A DNA stretch of 64,000 nt, taken from contig NC_081396.1 of NCBI RefSeq assembly GCF_030684315.1, positions 5,084,001 to 5,148,000 on the forward strand, in the 5' to 3' direction. The translations under genes and the position numbers were made by a program. The DNA comes from Stegostoma tigrinum (taxonomy: Eukaryota). How positions within the stretch are numbered: the first letter of the stretch is position 1; every line of letters begins with the position of its first letter. The notes under the pieces are model-generated. The model had not been told where the DNA came from, did no database searches, and was given only the letters and a program-made list of their open reading frames with translations. Below are positions 38,217 through 51,727 of this stretch, piece by piece.

Positions 38217-38904
38217 TAAATTCACAAGTCATAAGCTTATGTCTTGTATACATACTGAGGCACATTAGTTTGAAGATGTTAGAACTCTGTGTTTGAGAGG
38301 AATGCCTCATTCGAAATTTGTCTTCTCACCTCCAAAGTGCAGCATTCCAACTGACATACCCTCATCCACATCTCGATTAAACCCAAAAATCCCCACATGT
38401 CTCCATGCAGCATCAAGAAATGAAACAAGATGACTTTTTGCTCCTCCCTTCACACCACCTAGCACCAAAAAAACTCCTTGAAAATACTTATGGGCCTCTC
38501 AGACTTGCTCTGTTTGCTCAGCCTGAAGTGAAGATACTGGCTGTTCTTGTGATTTGGAGCAAACACCACAACAGCTCTGTTACTGGAATTATGCAGTAAC
38601 ATGCAATGGTTAACAGTCACACTGATAGAGCACAAAAATTCATTGTACCTCCAGATGACAAATGCAATGTTCTCAAAACTGAAATAAGTATCATTTTTAA
38701 GTGAATCATTAAAGATTTGAAGAACATTAATAGATTGTAAAATAACAACTAATTTGGATTGGAAAGGTTATGTTTTGTTCTGAAAAAAGTCGGTTGTCTG
38801 CAAGCTAGCCATTTCAGGAGAACGCCGATGATTGTTACGCAATCATAATTGAAGAACATAGATCAAAAATAGCATGATGGAGACATGCCAGTGTTAAACT
38901 GGGG

Positions 38905-39170
38905 TGGAGGAAGTCAGAAGTCACAGAACCCCAGGTTATATTTCAACAAGTTTATGTGAAACACAAGCTTCTGAAGGGCTGCTCCTTCATCCCGTGAACT
39001 GCAGGGAAGTACACAAGCCTAGAATATGCATGCAGAGAAATAATGGTAAAATCATTCAGGCAATGAAGAGTGCCAAAACGTATATACAGATGTATGAGTG
39101 AAGTGTCAACAGGCTGAATAACAAGTCTTTGCAAGTGTCAACAGTGTGAGAAAAGTGTCAACAGTTGAAT
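38905..39170 (-). mobile_element. Probable third Penelope-like terminal family with degenerate hammerhead and internal aagtgtcaacag repeats
   Basis: Reverse complement gggatgaaggagcagcccttcagaagcttgtg resembles CUGAUGA-stem-GAAA. Three aagtgtcaacag units lie at about 39101-39165. Confidence 0.4.
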
Positions 39171-39560
39171 AGCAGATGAATGGCTTCTCCTCAGTTTGAT
39201 TATGCTGGTGTGTAATGTGAAGTTACATGATTGCCAGACCCTCCTTCACCAGTCAATGCAGCCGAATGGCTTCTCTTCAGTGTAAGCCTGCTAAAGTGAC
39301 AGGAGGCTGGTGGGCTTAGCAAATTCCTTCTCCCCACATGGAGAAAGTAAATAGCTTCTCCCTCATGTGACTGCGCCGATGATTTTCCAGAAGGGAAGAA
39401 CAATTGAATTCTAGTTTCTTTCGAAATGTTTCCCTTTCTCCTGCCCCAAAGTAGTAAATTATGGCACTCCACACTATCCCTTCTCTATAGGTTGATATCC
39501 ATATCCAGTTCAGTTCTCCACCTTGTCTACAAACTGCGCAGTGATTCAATAAGCCAGTGA
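39170..39560 (-). pseudogene. Decayed C2H2 zinc-finger exon
   Basis: FNCSSLLENHRRSHMREKLFTFSMWGEG and repeated EKPF linkers on the minus strand. Confidence 0.7.
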
Positions 39561-40164
39561 TATTTCTCTTAGGGTCACTGGGATTTTGAACCTTTCAGCT
39601 CCACCCCTACAAATTGACAGATTCATTCATCTCTAAATTGCAACCCCACCTTTGAGTTTTTCAGGATATTGCTATCACTCCCTTTTTCTGTTTTAAGGGC
39701 ACCTTGTCCAAACTCAGAGCCTGGTCTGTCAGAGTGAAATTTGTAAACCCTCGTTGACACCAAGACAGCCACAACATGAGAATTCTGTTCCAGAAATGAT
39801 GATTGAAGACGTCCTCATCAACAAGGACACCAGTAAGGCAAGCACACTCAACAAAACCTATCTGTCCCTTACCAAGGTGGCCATCCATGCAACCATTCTC
39901 TCAACAATACCCACGTCCCCCTCACCAAAATGGTGGTCAGTTGCTGGCGTAACTGGGAGGAAATATAGCCCTCGAAGGGCTAAACACACGTCCTATGAGG
40001 CTCTTATTCAGGGCCTCCGGACTCACCCAGGAGTTTATACATTACCCTGGTGCCTTCCTCCTGTGGTTTCCTTTCCTGCCCTGCCCGACAAGTTTCAACT
40101 CCAGGGGCTGGAAAAGCATCATGTCATTCTGGACTGGAGATCTCCCTGGGATATTTGGAAACCT

Positions 40165-41790
40165 CTTGCCTAACCTCCATCCTCACACAGTGAGCAGCAC
40201 TGCACTTTCTGAATGAGCATACCAGAGAGAACCTTATCAAGTGCCTTGTTAAAATGCATATACACCACATCCGCTGCTTGACCTTTATCAACGTGTTTTG
40301 TCACATCCTCAAAGAATTTAATAAGGATTGTGTGACATGACCATTCCCTCACAAAGTCATACTGACTATTTCGAATCGAACCGTGCTTTTCCAAATAATC
40401 ACAAATATTATCTGTCAGAATCCCCTCCAATAATTTCCACTACAGAAGTAAAACTCACTGGTCTGTAATTCCCAGGATTATCCATATTTGCTTTCTTGAG
40501 CAAGGGAATAACATTTGCCAATCTCCAATCGTCTGGTACCAGTCCAGTGAACAGTGAGGATGCAAAGATAATTGCCAAAGGTGCAGTAATCTCCTCTCTC
40601 GCTGCACGTACTATCCCTTTGGCACATCTCATCTGACCCTGGGGACTCAATTATCCTAATGTTTTTCAAAATTTCTAAACATTTAAGCAATTTCTAAACA
40701 GCATATTATCCTGTTTCATGCTGTCCTCACAACATTGAATGTCCTTCTCACTGGAGAATACTGAGTCAAAGTATTTGTTAAGGACCTCCCCTACCTCCTC
40801 CAACTCCACACCCAAGTTCCCTCCACTATCTCAGACCGGCCCTACCATCAAACGGGCCATCATCGTGTTCTTCACGTAATTTTTTTAAAAAGTGCCTTGG
40901 CTTTTCCTTCATCCTACCCACGAAATCTTTATCATACCCCCAGCTAGTTCTCCTAAGTCCCTTTGTCAGTTCCTTCCTGGCTACCTTGTAGCTCTCTCGA
41001 GCCCTGCCTGATCCTTGATTCTTCAACCTTAAACAAGCTTTCTTCTTCGTCTTGACTAAATGTTCCACATGTCTTGTCATCCAAGGTTCTTTTGCCCTAC
41101 CATCCCTTCCTTGCCTCAGTGGGACAAACCTATCCAGTACTTGTATCAAGTGTTCCTTGAACAACCTCTACATTTCTGTCATGCATTTCCCTGAGAAAAT
41201 CTGTTCCCAATTTATGCTTCAAAGTTCTTGCCTCATAACATTTTAATTCCTGTTCCACTAATTAAATACTTTCCCATGTCATCTGATCCTATCTATTTCC
41301 GTGGCTATAGTAAAGCTTCAGGGATTGTGGTCACTATTACCGAAATGCTCTCCCACTGAGAGATCTGACACCTAGCCCGGTTCATTGCCAAGCACCAAAT
41401 CCAATATGGACTCCCCTCTAGTTGGCCTATCGACATACTGAGTTAGAAATCCTTCCTTGACACACCTGACAAATACTGGTCCATCCAAGCTATTTTCACT
41501 GAAGATGTTCCAGTCTACACGAGGGAAGTTGAAGTCACCCATGAAAACAATGCTATTATTTCTGCACCTTTCCAAAATCTGCCTCCCAGTCTGTTTGTCA
41601 GTGTCTCTGTTGCTATTGTAGGGTCAATACAAAACTCCCAATAAAGTGACTGCCCCTTTCCTGTTTCTGACCTCTACCCATATCCCCCTTTCTGCAGGTA
41701 TAATTCCATCCCTAATGAGTGAAAACATTCCTCCACGTCTTTTACCACCCTCTCTACTTCTTTTGAAACAGCTAAACACTGGAACATTTG
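40165..41790 (-). mobile_element. CR1 ORF2 fragment (APE to RT), degenerate
   Basis: GDFNFP, LDLVLGNEPG, DNPGNYRPVS and YMHFNKALDKV. Confidence 0.9.
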
Positions 41791-43700
41791 ATTTGAACAT
41801 TTAATTTGATGAAAATGTTCCCTCCCCATGGCCAAATTGAAATGTTATTGGGATAAAATCCCATTGGTTTCTATATTTTCTATAACTGAATGCTCTTTAT
41901 CTGCTTACACAGAGTATGCAGACACTGTGTTAAAACTTCCTGCCCGACTAGGATTAGGTATAAACTTTGTAAATCTTTATCTTCCTGCACAGGGGTATGT
42001 GGAAACTGTCTCAAATAAGATTAGGTGGGATGATTTTGTAAAAGTGTGAGACTTCTGAAATCTTGCAAAGTATATAACTTCTGTTTATTCTAAAGGGGCC
42101 AGGGCAATGACTTTCGTTCAAGCCAGAAACGTCAGCGGCTTGAAATTACATTCTGTCACTTCAGCAACTTGAAATTGCCTCCTGTCGTTAGCAGCCACTT
42201 CGTGAATGATCGATACTGTATCCTGCTCTCTATATGTTTTCGATGTAGTAATTGTTTGTGTATCATTTCACTGTCCGATGTAGTGATTGTTTCATGTATC
42301 ATGCCATTGTGAGATGTACAACTGCTTTATGTATTATGCACTCGATAAGGGATAAAAAGTGGGGACAGTCCACTGCTCAGGGAGAATCACTTACGAGACT
42401 TTGCATTCTGTGCCTGGTTGAGTAGACTGATCCTCCACAGCTTGTACTTGCTTAGGTATAAAGGATTTGTGTTTTTCGAAACAGGTCAGTGTCTTCTTAT
42501 TGCATCAAACCGTGAGAGTCTCCGAAAACGAACCTAACAAAATGCTCAGGATTTTCTTCTTAATAACTCAACGAAATATCTATAGCGGTGTGGTCTTAAT
42601 AGGAATTTGGACAGCATACTGACCACTGTGCTGTCAAACGTCGTTCATGAAGGGGTAAGCATCTTAAGGAAATCATAGAGGCTGGTGTGGAATGCAGAGA
42701 GAATTTATTACTGTGTCTTACTGCACATGTACACATTTCTGCAGCAATTACCTAGTGATATCCCTTTGAAGGTCTTTATAACCTGTAGTTGTGTGGACAA
42801 AATGTTTGAATTGTTCATGTGTGGCATTACCAAGATTAAAAATTTGGTTTTGTAGTTGCAGCTGGAATGGTGGATTGTCAAAGAGTCTGTGGAGATTCTA
42901 TGTTCTTTCATGACAGCAGATTTTCCCGCTTGGAATAATGACAGATGTGATTGGCTGATCACAACATCCGGGCGTACACGTTTCAATAGGAAACTTGCAG
43001 AAATATATTTTAATACTGGAAGTTTTTATCCAACAGATGTTGACCTGAAATTAAAACTGTGAACATTCCAATTCAATTCATTGCTTTTTCTTCAATCTCC
43101 ACTTGATGATCAGGAATATCACTGGAGAATTAGATTCATTGGGTGTCTTTGGGATGTACAATCCAGGCGTATTTTTCTGTTGAATATCTTACATGCCTTC
43201 AACAAGGGCAGGCAAACAATCCTGACATTTCACGCTCCTAAATGTGCTGGAATGTTGTACGGACAGGTAGATTAGAAATGGGTTCTGACGGGTCTGAGTT
43301 GATTTTAATGCAGCTATTTAACTGTGTTTAATTACAGCCCAGGAACTGATAATGTTGGTATTTGATTAATGATATAAATGTGAGAGTGCGTGACACCCAT
43401 TGTGAGGGGTATCGTGCCTTCCATTGCACAGTACTGGCTAATCTCAGAAATAAAACTGGCAGGACCAAATGGCATGATATGGGTACCAGAAATGACAAGG
43501 ATGGCCATACAAAACCTTTCTTACCAAAATTGGAGGGCTGCTTGCCTAATGGTTTTGTTGGTCAAGTTAGATCACACCTGCAGTGCTTCCAGAAGACAGC
43601 TCAACACCAGCTTCTCGACAGCAGCTCAGGATGGGCGATAGTTGTGATCCCAGCCAGCGATGCCTATGTTCCATGACAGAATAAGAAAACTTGCAATGGA
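41790..43700 (-). mobile_element. Ancient L1/Tx1-like ORF2 relic, interrupted by a solo LTR
   Basis: Ordered motifs ILSWNI, MAIL..MPF..ISEISQY..MEGT, IRLD, KTFKG.SLG and IENIETNG match the layout of the L1-clade APE and linker. Confidence 0.45.
42045..42539 (+). mobile_element. Probable solo LTR
   Basis: TGTGAG...CTAACA termini (imperfect inverted repeat). Flanks aaaag/aaatg (4 of 5 match). Three ~35-bp internal repeats (42242-42340), TATA-like GATAAAAAG near 42351. Confidence 0.55.
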
Positions 43701-45601
43701 AAAAAATTGTAACAGGCACTGAATCAAGGAAATTCTGCTGGAAGTGGATTGACGAATAACACTTGCATATATTCGATGAAATGAAAAAATTAAGATAGAC
43801 GAAAGCAGCACCGAGCACATTTCTGTCTTGAATTAGTCCTTCGGGGAGAACCGGGTGTACACGTATTTAGAGATGAAGAGGCATACGTAAAGAAAATGTG
43901 CTAAAGACCCGGGCATATGTTGTGGAAGAGGCAACGATTTCAATTGGACTGACACAGATGGGGAGGGTATTAGGTGAATATACATCAGGGAGTCAACGGC
44001 AGCAACACGAAAACGAAGACAATTAACACTTCGAGGAAAGTATATTAAGAACAATCAAACGGAACGAATGAGAGAGAAAGATCTTGAGAAAAATTAAGGC
44101 ATATTTCACGCAAGAAGCTATGGCGTCAACATTGCTGCAAAGAGTAATTCAAATGACGTAGAGATGTCGACACAGAGGTCAATGAACGAATGCAGAATGA
44201 CTGACCTTATTGCATAAAGATAAAATTTAAGAAGAAGCTTGCAGATAGTACAGATTTAGAAGCAAACTGTATGGAATGAGCAGACAATGAGAAAGAAAGT
44301 GGAAAAAGTAAGGAAATAACAGTCGAAGTAAGAGATCGTGGAAAGCATTGAAAATACATGAACATATCATAGCATGTGGCACGAATAGGTTGAGATTTGG
44401 GAGCTACGCGTCCTCCTGGAAGAACATGGGCTCATCATAACCGTGCAACGCACTGACGGCACACAGCAATGTGAGAGAACTCCATCAGCTGGTGATCTGA
44501 AATCCATGTCCAATTGCTGAAATATCATCGAATCCTCAAATGAATGAAGGGTGTGGACGTATTATTATGTCACATTGGTCTTGTTGTCACAGTTTCTATA
44601 TATTTTAATACAGCGAGGCATTAAAATGAGAAGACAAATCAAACTAGTTGGGCGGAACACCGTTTCGGCAGTATGAAATGTCAAAGCTGCAGTGAGATTA
44701 ACTATTTGCAACCATTAACTTCTGACACTTGCAAACAAATTAAATATGAACCCACATTTAATTAAATCCAATCTACTCTAAAGTTTTGAATGGAGCTTCT
44801 GTACTTAACTTCTCTATAGCTGCTCCCACCAGTAGAGACTTTTACTTAATTCGATGAAACTGCAATGGTGTTGGAAATCTCAAACTTTCAATGCTCTGAA
44901 CTTCCAGATGACATTTGAAAAGGAGACATAGCATTAATGCCTGAATTTAAAAAAAAACTGTTGATCAGACTATTTTTCTGGTTGTAGGTTAATAAAGGCA
45001 TCGACGTGTTCAACAATGAAACAATTCTTTTCAGAATGACACTATCTGTATCTTGCTCAAGGCGTTTCCATTCACTAGCTGTCAGCTGACTGGAACTGGT
45101 CTCATAGTGCTATTGTGAACACGAGGAGTAGAAGTCAAATCAAGCTAACATGCAACAGCAGTTGTCGAATAGAACGAGCTTGTTAACCTTTCCACCTCCA
45201 CATCCATAAATTGGAGATCAAGGCTGCAACTGATCAGTGTCTGAATTGTTTGGGGAGCATTTCCGACATGTAATTGCAGACAAAACAGGTTTCAAATTGA
45301 ACAATGTTTTAATTTAAATTTTGAACACAAGTCTGTTTGATTTTTTTTCGGTTAAACATTTACAAATCTGAGTGTGGAGTTTCCATCACGCAGCATCAGA
45401 TGTTAAGACACAACAAATACGAACTTTAAACTGTGCCTACGAAACTACATGGATTAGCTATTATGTCCCATGGTATGAACAACGGCTGAACTCACAGCCT
45501 GAATTCATATTCTCTGAATGCGCGAACGATGGTGGACAAGAGCAGAATTTTGTAAAATCCGTTTCTCTGCTGAGACCTCAAGAAAATACACCTGTTTAAC
45601 G

Positions 45602-45776
45602 NNNNNNNNNNNNNNNNNNNNNNNNNNNNNNNNNNNNNNNNNNNNNNNNNNNNNNNNNNNNNNNNNNNNNNNNNNNNNNNNNNNNNNNNNNNNNNNNNNN
45701 NNNNNNNNNNNNNNNNNNNNNNNNNNNNNNNNNNNNNNNNNNNNNNNNNNNNNNNNNNNNNNNNNNNNNNNNNNNN
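45602..45776. other. Assembly gap
   Basis: 175 N. Confidence 1.
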
Positions 45777-46256
45777 TGAAAAAAAAGTGGCATCAACTGT
45801 GCAGAGGTAAATTCCAGTGCTTCAGAACAGTAATCACAAAAATAGGCAGAAGTCAGTTTTATTTGTTCACTATTAACACAGAAATATACAAAACATGAGG
45901 GGAAAATAGGCGAAATCTCTTCTAATCTGCTCGGCACCCTGTCCCTGTTTTCTACATGAAGGATAAATCTTGACACAGAACTACGGAGATGACTCGCTTT
46001 ATTATTTAATGAAATGACGAGGTGCATTTTATGTTCCTTTAAGAATTTGGACAGAAATTCCACACAGAAAGGCATGAACTCTGGCCATTCAGAATTTCTT
46101 CAGCATTTTGTTTGGTGTACTGACACACCTTGAGAGTTTTTATCTTATATTTCTCGACTTTTGTGGTTTAAGTCTACTACTTATTGCTTGTAAAATGAAC
46201 ATGGTATATTCTCCAGCACACTGATACAGATTCAGAATGGTGATGAGGTGTTTTTT

Positions 46257-47159
46257 TTAACGTTTGAAGCATCCTGTTAGAGTGGTGAAAGGACACATCA
46301 GCACTCTTTTTAGCTCCTCTCGAAACTTTTTCTGAGTTACTGCATAGATGAAAACATTGTTGCAGGAACTGATTATTTCGAGCATGTTGGTTGTTTCTTG
46401 GAGGATGTACTGTGGATCTTTGAAGTTCAGGCTGCTGATGTAGCCCTCATGTGCAAGCAATCGATAGAGGAAGCGACCTATATAAGTGGCCCACAGGAGG
46501 AGGAAGCTGAGGGAGATTGCGAAGAGCAGGGCTATGGATCTTTTGCGGTTTGCAATCTCTGGATCTTCACAATCCTCAGTGCGTCGAAGCCTTTTGCGTG
46601 CTCTGCTGGCCAATACAATGTGTCTGACTGTCAGGGCATTGAGCAGAAGAATGAACAGGAATGGGAGAAATGGGGCTAAGACTCGGTCGAGCCAGTGCAA
46701 AGCCTGCCAGGCAGGTGAAGTGTGGAATGTGGGCTTGATATCACAGAACCAGGGCATCCCTTCTAGAAAAAAAAAAGGGCTGATAAATGAAATAGAAAGG
46801 GGTGTTCTTGACACAGCTTAGGGCACAGGTCACTCCTAACACCAGTGATGCAAATTTCTTCGTACAGTATATGTTCTTCAATCTCTGGCAACAGATGGCC
46901 ACAAAACGATCAGTTGTGAAGGCTACAGTCAGCCAGACAGAGCAATCTCGGGCTGCATACACCAACACCGTATTTAGACTGCAGCCAGGAGTAGTGGAAA
47001 GAATACTGTTGCTGAAATAAATACGGCCAATCCTGTTCAGAATTCCACCTGTGATGATGACAAGGAAATCACTCACTGCTATGGCCACCAGGTAGTAAGT
47101 GACACACTCCGAGAGCCCGCATTTCCCTTGGGATAGAATTATAATCGCCAGCAAGTTGG
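46257..47159 (-). CDS. GPR139/GPR142-like class A GPCR, exon 2 (one frameshift in a T10 run at 46767-46776)
   Basis: ANLLAIIILSQGKCGLSECVTYYLVAIAVSDFLV, SVWLTVAFTTDRFVAICC, LPFLFILLLNALTVRHI, RKRSIALLFAISLSF and NVFIYAVTQKKFREEL. Acceptor tttcacAG at 47161-47160. Confidence 0.88.
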
Positions 47160-48446
47160 CTGTGAAAGATACCAAGGGAGGAATATATCACCAAGTGAAC
47201 TCGAAACACAAGCTATAGCTTCATGAAATCTTATTGCAGTACCCGTCCAGATGCATCCAGTAGTATCGGCACGGATTAACTATTCCAAAGCCTTTTGCAG
47301 TTGCTCTGGAGCCAATGTTGGAAGCAAACATTTCTCCACAGATGGGAAATCCCCAACCCTTCCAGAGACAAACGAATTTGTATGACCACTGAGACTACAC
47401 GAACAGCTTGCTACCAATTTAAACACTTTGAGCCATTTGCTGCCTGATCTGTTATTCATAACAAGTCTCATACATTCATGACCTCTATACTTGCTCATCT
47501 ACGTTGGCATTCCATCCACCAACTTCAGGGTTATAATAGTCTCATGCATCCTGATTTTGAAGTAATGGTGCAATCTTCCCACGATATCCGTAAAATTGTA
47601 TAGCCAGTTGTGATCACTGCAACCGTAATTCTGGTATGATACCAATCTTTAACTCAGTAGCAGTTATGAATTGATATGTAGAATTTCGGATCTGCATTAT
47701 TCAATTCCTCAACTGATCTTGTCCGCTAGTCTATTTCGAGACATGTTTATAATATTTCTGAGATCAAGGATCTGGGTATCACATTCGATATCTCCTTCCG
47801 TACTTCACAGTCAAATTTATTTGTAAAACATGCTAAGTGGCACCCCCAACAAACAAACATCAATAACTGAAGATACAAACAAACTCTATTACGAAGTCAA
47901 TCTCCTTGCGAGAATGAGCAACAGACGTCTATGGATGAAAAGGTTTGATTAACAAAAGTACAAGTAAAATTTACAACACCTATCAGGACAAAGCCAAAGT
48001 ATAATCTCTCCAAGTTCTTGCACTGCCAGTCTCATTTCAAAAGTCTCCATGATTAATTTCGCTGACCACATCAACATGTTAAGTATTCATGCAATATGCT
48101 ACTGATGTTATTCTTAACTAGAAACATTAAACACGCTGTGTGAGGCTTTTTTTGCGACATGGAGATAATATCTAATTATAGCTGAATTGAGCAAATTTCA
48201 TTCAGGGCGATTCATATTTCAGCAATCTAATATGTGATATTTTTATAATCACGTTGCGTAATGTATTGAATAATTTCGTTTCAGATTCCATACCACAAGT
48301 GCAAATAATGTTCTATAACTTACCACTGTACCGTCTAGTCACATGGTAGAGTGCTGAATGTTGGAAAAAATTCGGATTGATCCTAAAAGTGGAGAAACTA
48401 AATTAATTCATCTTCATAAAATGACGTACTGAGATCAGTTACTGAC

Positions 48447-48516
48447 CTGGTGCACCAATATTGGCGAGAATGGGGTAGCAAATCGCAAAAAAGAGCCCAT
48501 TCGCTGGTCCGTGCAT
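48447..48516 (-). CDS. GPR139-like GPCR exon 1
   Basis: ATG at 48516 gives MHGPANGLFFAICYPILANIGAP+G|GTCAGT. The phase-1 join with exon 2 (G+CC = Ala) continues TM1 in frame. Confidence 0.85.
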
Positions 48517-48585
48517 TTTTTCCAGAAACACAAACAATTTCAGAAACGGCAAACCTTATTTCTGTGACACATTGAAATCGGTCCT

Positions 48586-48593
48586 TATTTATA
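48586..48593 (-). promoter_or_regulatory. TATA box of the GPCR gene
   Basis: TATAAATA on the minus strand, about 70 nt upstream of the ATG. Confidence 0.5.
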
Positions 48594-48859
48594 CCAACAG
48601 GGAGCCTCCAGAAGCATTATAAAAACACAGCATGCATATTAGTTACAGTTCAGCAAACAAACAGACAAATTCACGGTTTATAGCTTGGGTGAATGGGTGA
48701 ATGCCTAATTGTATCTGTCTGTGAGCTGTTAAATGCAAGGTTTACATTTGTCCTTTCCGAAGGAAAAGCATTTCTGTCTCCATTAACTGAAGCTACTACT
48801 TTTTAAGACTGAGATGACATACTATCTCTAACGTAAAACAGTTTCATTTTATTAAGGAA

Positions 48860-49900
48860 TATAGGAAAATAGGAACGGGAATAGGCTATTCAGTTCCTCG
48901 AGCATTGTTCGATGAGATTATGGCAGATCTGTAGCCTAACACCAGGTTACCACCTTTGGCCAATATCCCTTAGCGCTTTGGTTTCACTAAAATAAAATAT
49001 TTAACTTGGATTTTAAATTAAAGATTAATCCTTTGTTCAATTCCATTTGTGAAAGTGAATTCAAAACATCCACCAATTTATGTGCAGAGAAGAGCTTCCA
49101 AACATCTCTTCTCAAATCGTTGGCCCTAATTGCGGTGCTATGCTGCCATTTTTTTAGGATTCCCAAGGAGATGGAATAGTTCATCTACCGAAGCGGTTTA
49201 TCCCTGCTAATACATTTGGAATTCAATCAGATCATCCCTTAAACTTCCAAATTGTATGGAAACAGGCCTAATTTACATTATCTCACTTTACAAATTAAAC
49301 CAGGAAGTTCAAGCTTCGAACCACTAAAACTGCTTTGTACTCCCTCCAAAATCAATATATGTTTCACAAAGATATGGTGCCCGTTCCTGCTCACAATACT
49401 CCAAGTATGGGCTAACCCGAAATTTGTATAACTGCAGAATATCGGTACAACCTTGTACACCAGTCTTCATATATGAAGAACAGTATTTCATTAGTTCTCT
49501 TGATTGTTTTCAAAAAGTTTAATCATCTGTGCAGCTGAGCCGTAAGTGTCATCGAACATGCACTGTTTTAAATTTCATACTATTTAGAACGTGACTGAAA
49601 GATTTAGTTAATGACCCTACAATGTGCTCCCCTGCTTTCTTCAACACATTTGAATGGAATCCATTAAGTCCTGGAGATTTGATCCATTTTAATTCCATTA
49701 ATTTCCTCATTTCCGATGTTTTGCTTACTTTAATTTTATTCAGTACCTGTTTCTGATCCAGTTCTGGCAAACTATCATTCTTTCTACTGTAAACGCTGAG
49801 ACATAATAATTACTGAACATACTGGCATTTCCACACATCCATTGACAATAATCCCACTTGCTGTTTTAGTCGGCTAACATTGCTTGTGACCACTTCTTCC
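48860..49900 (-). mobile_element. Old CR1 fragments
   Basis: KSPGLNGFHSNVLK and ILEGVQSSFS motifs. Confidence 0.65.
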
Positions 49901-51087
49901 TTTTTACGGAAATATGAATTATATGCTTCAGTTCAAGTAATTTCTACTTAATTTTATACCCCACAATCGTCCCTTTTCTTATTTTAATGCCCAAGAAGGT
50001 CATTAAGAAATGAAACGTTTACAGAATAACATGAAACATTGTACAGTCAGTGGAGGACTGCGAATGGAGCTGGGGAGGGAATGAGGGATTGTATCATGGT
50101 TTTGTGGTTGGACTAGCAATCAGGAAGGCCAGGCTAATGTTTTGGGTATGCAGCAGCGGTTGGAGCATCAACTCATTCACATTTAATCTTGTATTAACTC
50201 GACAAAGTAATTATGTTCGTGAAACTGTCATCGATTGTTGTAAAAACCCAAATGGCTCTTTGCAACCTAATAGGACTGGAAATCTGTCACTGTTAACTGT
50301 TCTGGGCTTCATTTAACTACAGATCGTGAGCCTTTTGAAATAATTGAGCAAGTTACTCAGACAAAGAGCTATCACTGGCTGTTTCTGTAATGCCTACATT
50401 CCATAAGAGAATGGAAAGAAAAACATGAATTATTTATCCACACATTACATCAGTAATTCATTCTTCTGAGTCCAGTCTATCTCGCATCATTTTTAAGTGC
50501 AGCCTTTATTTTAACTTGTCTTCCACTTGCTGAACATATTTTTGAAATAGTTCAAATGTAACGATTGATGAAACCCCTTTTCTCTGTCTTATTTGATATT
50601 GTGCAGTTCATTTTCTGTATTTTTGAATGTGAAAGAAACCAGTGTTCTTTTCAACAAACATTGGACTCTGGCTGCATTACATTCTAGCGATTGTTTTTCT
50701 CTCCACCTTTTAAGAAAAAGAAAACGACATGAAACGCACAAAAATACTTACAGTGATGATCCCAGCATTCAGAGGCAATGCATTTGAAACACACTATACA
50801 ACCGGACATTTTTCTTCCCTCAAGTAACAATAAAATTGCTACAGATGCTTACACTGATGAAGGTTTCTTGGCAGGATAATCATAAAGATAATGTTTTGGA
50901 CTGGGGAAGATTCCAAAAACTGTGATTCTTCAGTGTAAGAATTTAAAAGCATCTAATCGAAAAATTAACAGAATCCTAATTCTTTTCAGTTTATGGAACA
51001 CACAGGTGCCAAGGGCAGTTAAATCAAATCCATAGATTCATGAAAGAGACGTCAGGTAAATAGATGAAAGCGAAATGGAAATAAGGA

Positions 51088-51220
51088 CAGAGATACTGGG
51101 AACTGCAGATGCTGGAGAATCCAAGATAACTGAGTGTGGAGCTGGATGAACACAACAGGCCAAGCAGCATTTCAGGAGAACAAAAGCTGCCTTTTGGGCC
51201 TAGACCCTTCATCAGAGAGG
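51088..51220 (-). mobile_element. Penelope family-1 terminal fragment
   Basis: Reverse complement ctctCTGATGAagggtctaggcccaaaaggcagc...ctccagcatctgcagttccc. Flanked by a repeated aggaca. Confidence 0.8.
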
Positions 51221-51381
51221 ACATGCAGGTAGAAACAGAGGGAGGGGAAAGGGCATTTCTTCTTTGAAGTGACAACACGGATGTAGACCAGTTTTTCTGT
51301 TGTTATATTGATGTATGATTTTTTTTTAACTTCATGTCCCACTGAATAAAACTTCTAACGCACCGATTCAACTTAAGTTTT

Positions 51382-51727
51382 ATGAAATGATTTCCTCCTT
51401 CTTTAGCCTTGAGTTCCAGGTCTTGGTGATGGAATTTCTGTTTCTCAGTGGGAGCCCTCCCTCAGACAGACAGAGGGAGAATACGCCACTTTAACTGCAC
51501 CTACGCTGACCAAGGGTATTCCTTATTCTGGTCCCATCAGTACCCATGCTGTCAACCCGAGCTTGCAGTCCGGAGGTACTAGAGCGGTGGTCCTAAATTG
51601 AAGATGGATTACGCAGAACAGTTTTATTTTGATGCAGTTCATCAGTCAGTCAACTTGCACCAAATGACAGTCTCGGGGCTACCGCTGTCTGATACCACGG
51701 TCTATTAATGTGCTAAGAGTCTCAGTA
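51382..51727 (+). pseudogene. TCR alpha/delta-type V pseudogene
   Basis: GLGDGISVSQWEPSLRQTEGEYAT/fs/NCTYADQGYSLFWSHQYP..PEL..RRY*...MTVSGLPLSDTTVY*CAKS. Both Cys and the Trp are present, with stops and a frameshift. Heptamer-like CTCAGTA at 51721. Decayed leader from the ATG at 51382. Confidence 0.8.

Noticed and set aside
39101-39170. CRISPR-like repeat-spacer pattern (aagtgtcaacag x3)
   Set aside because: Three short repeats with irregular spacing inside a transposon fragment, no cas genes, vertebrate context.
43567-43820. Second GPCR or membrane protein (hydrophobic ORFs)
   Set aside because: No 7TM motifs. ILSWNI and the downstream motifs fit an L1-like endonuclease relic better.
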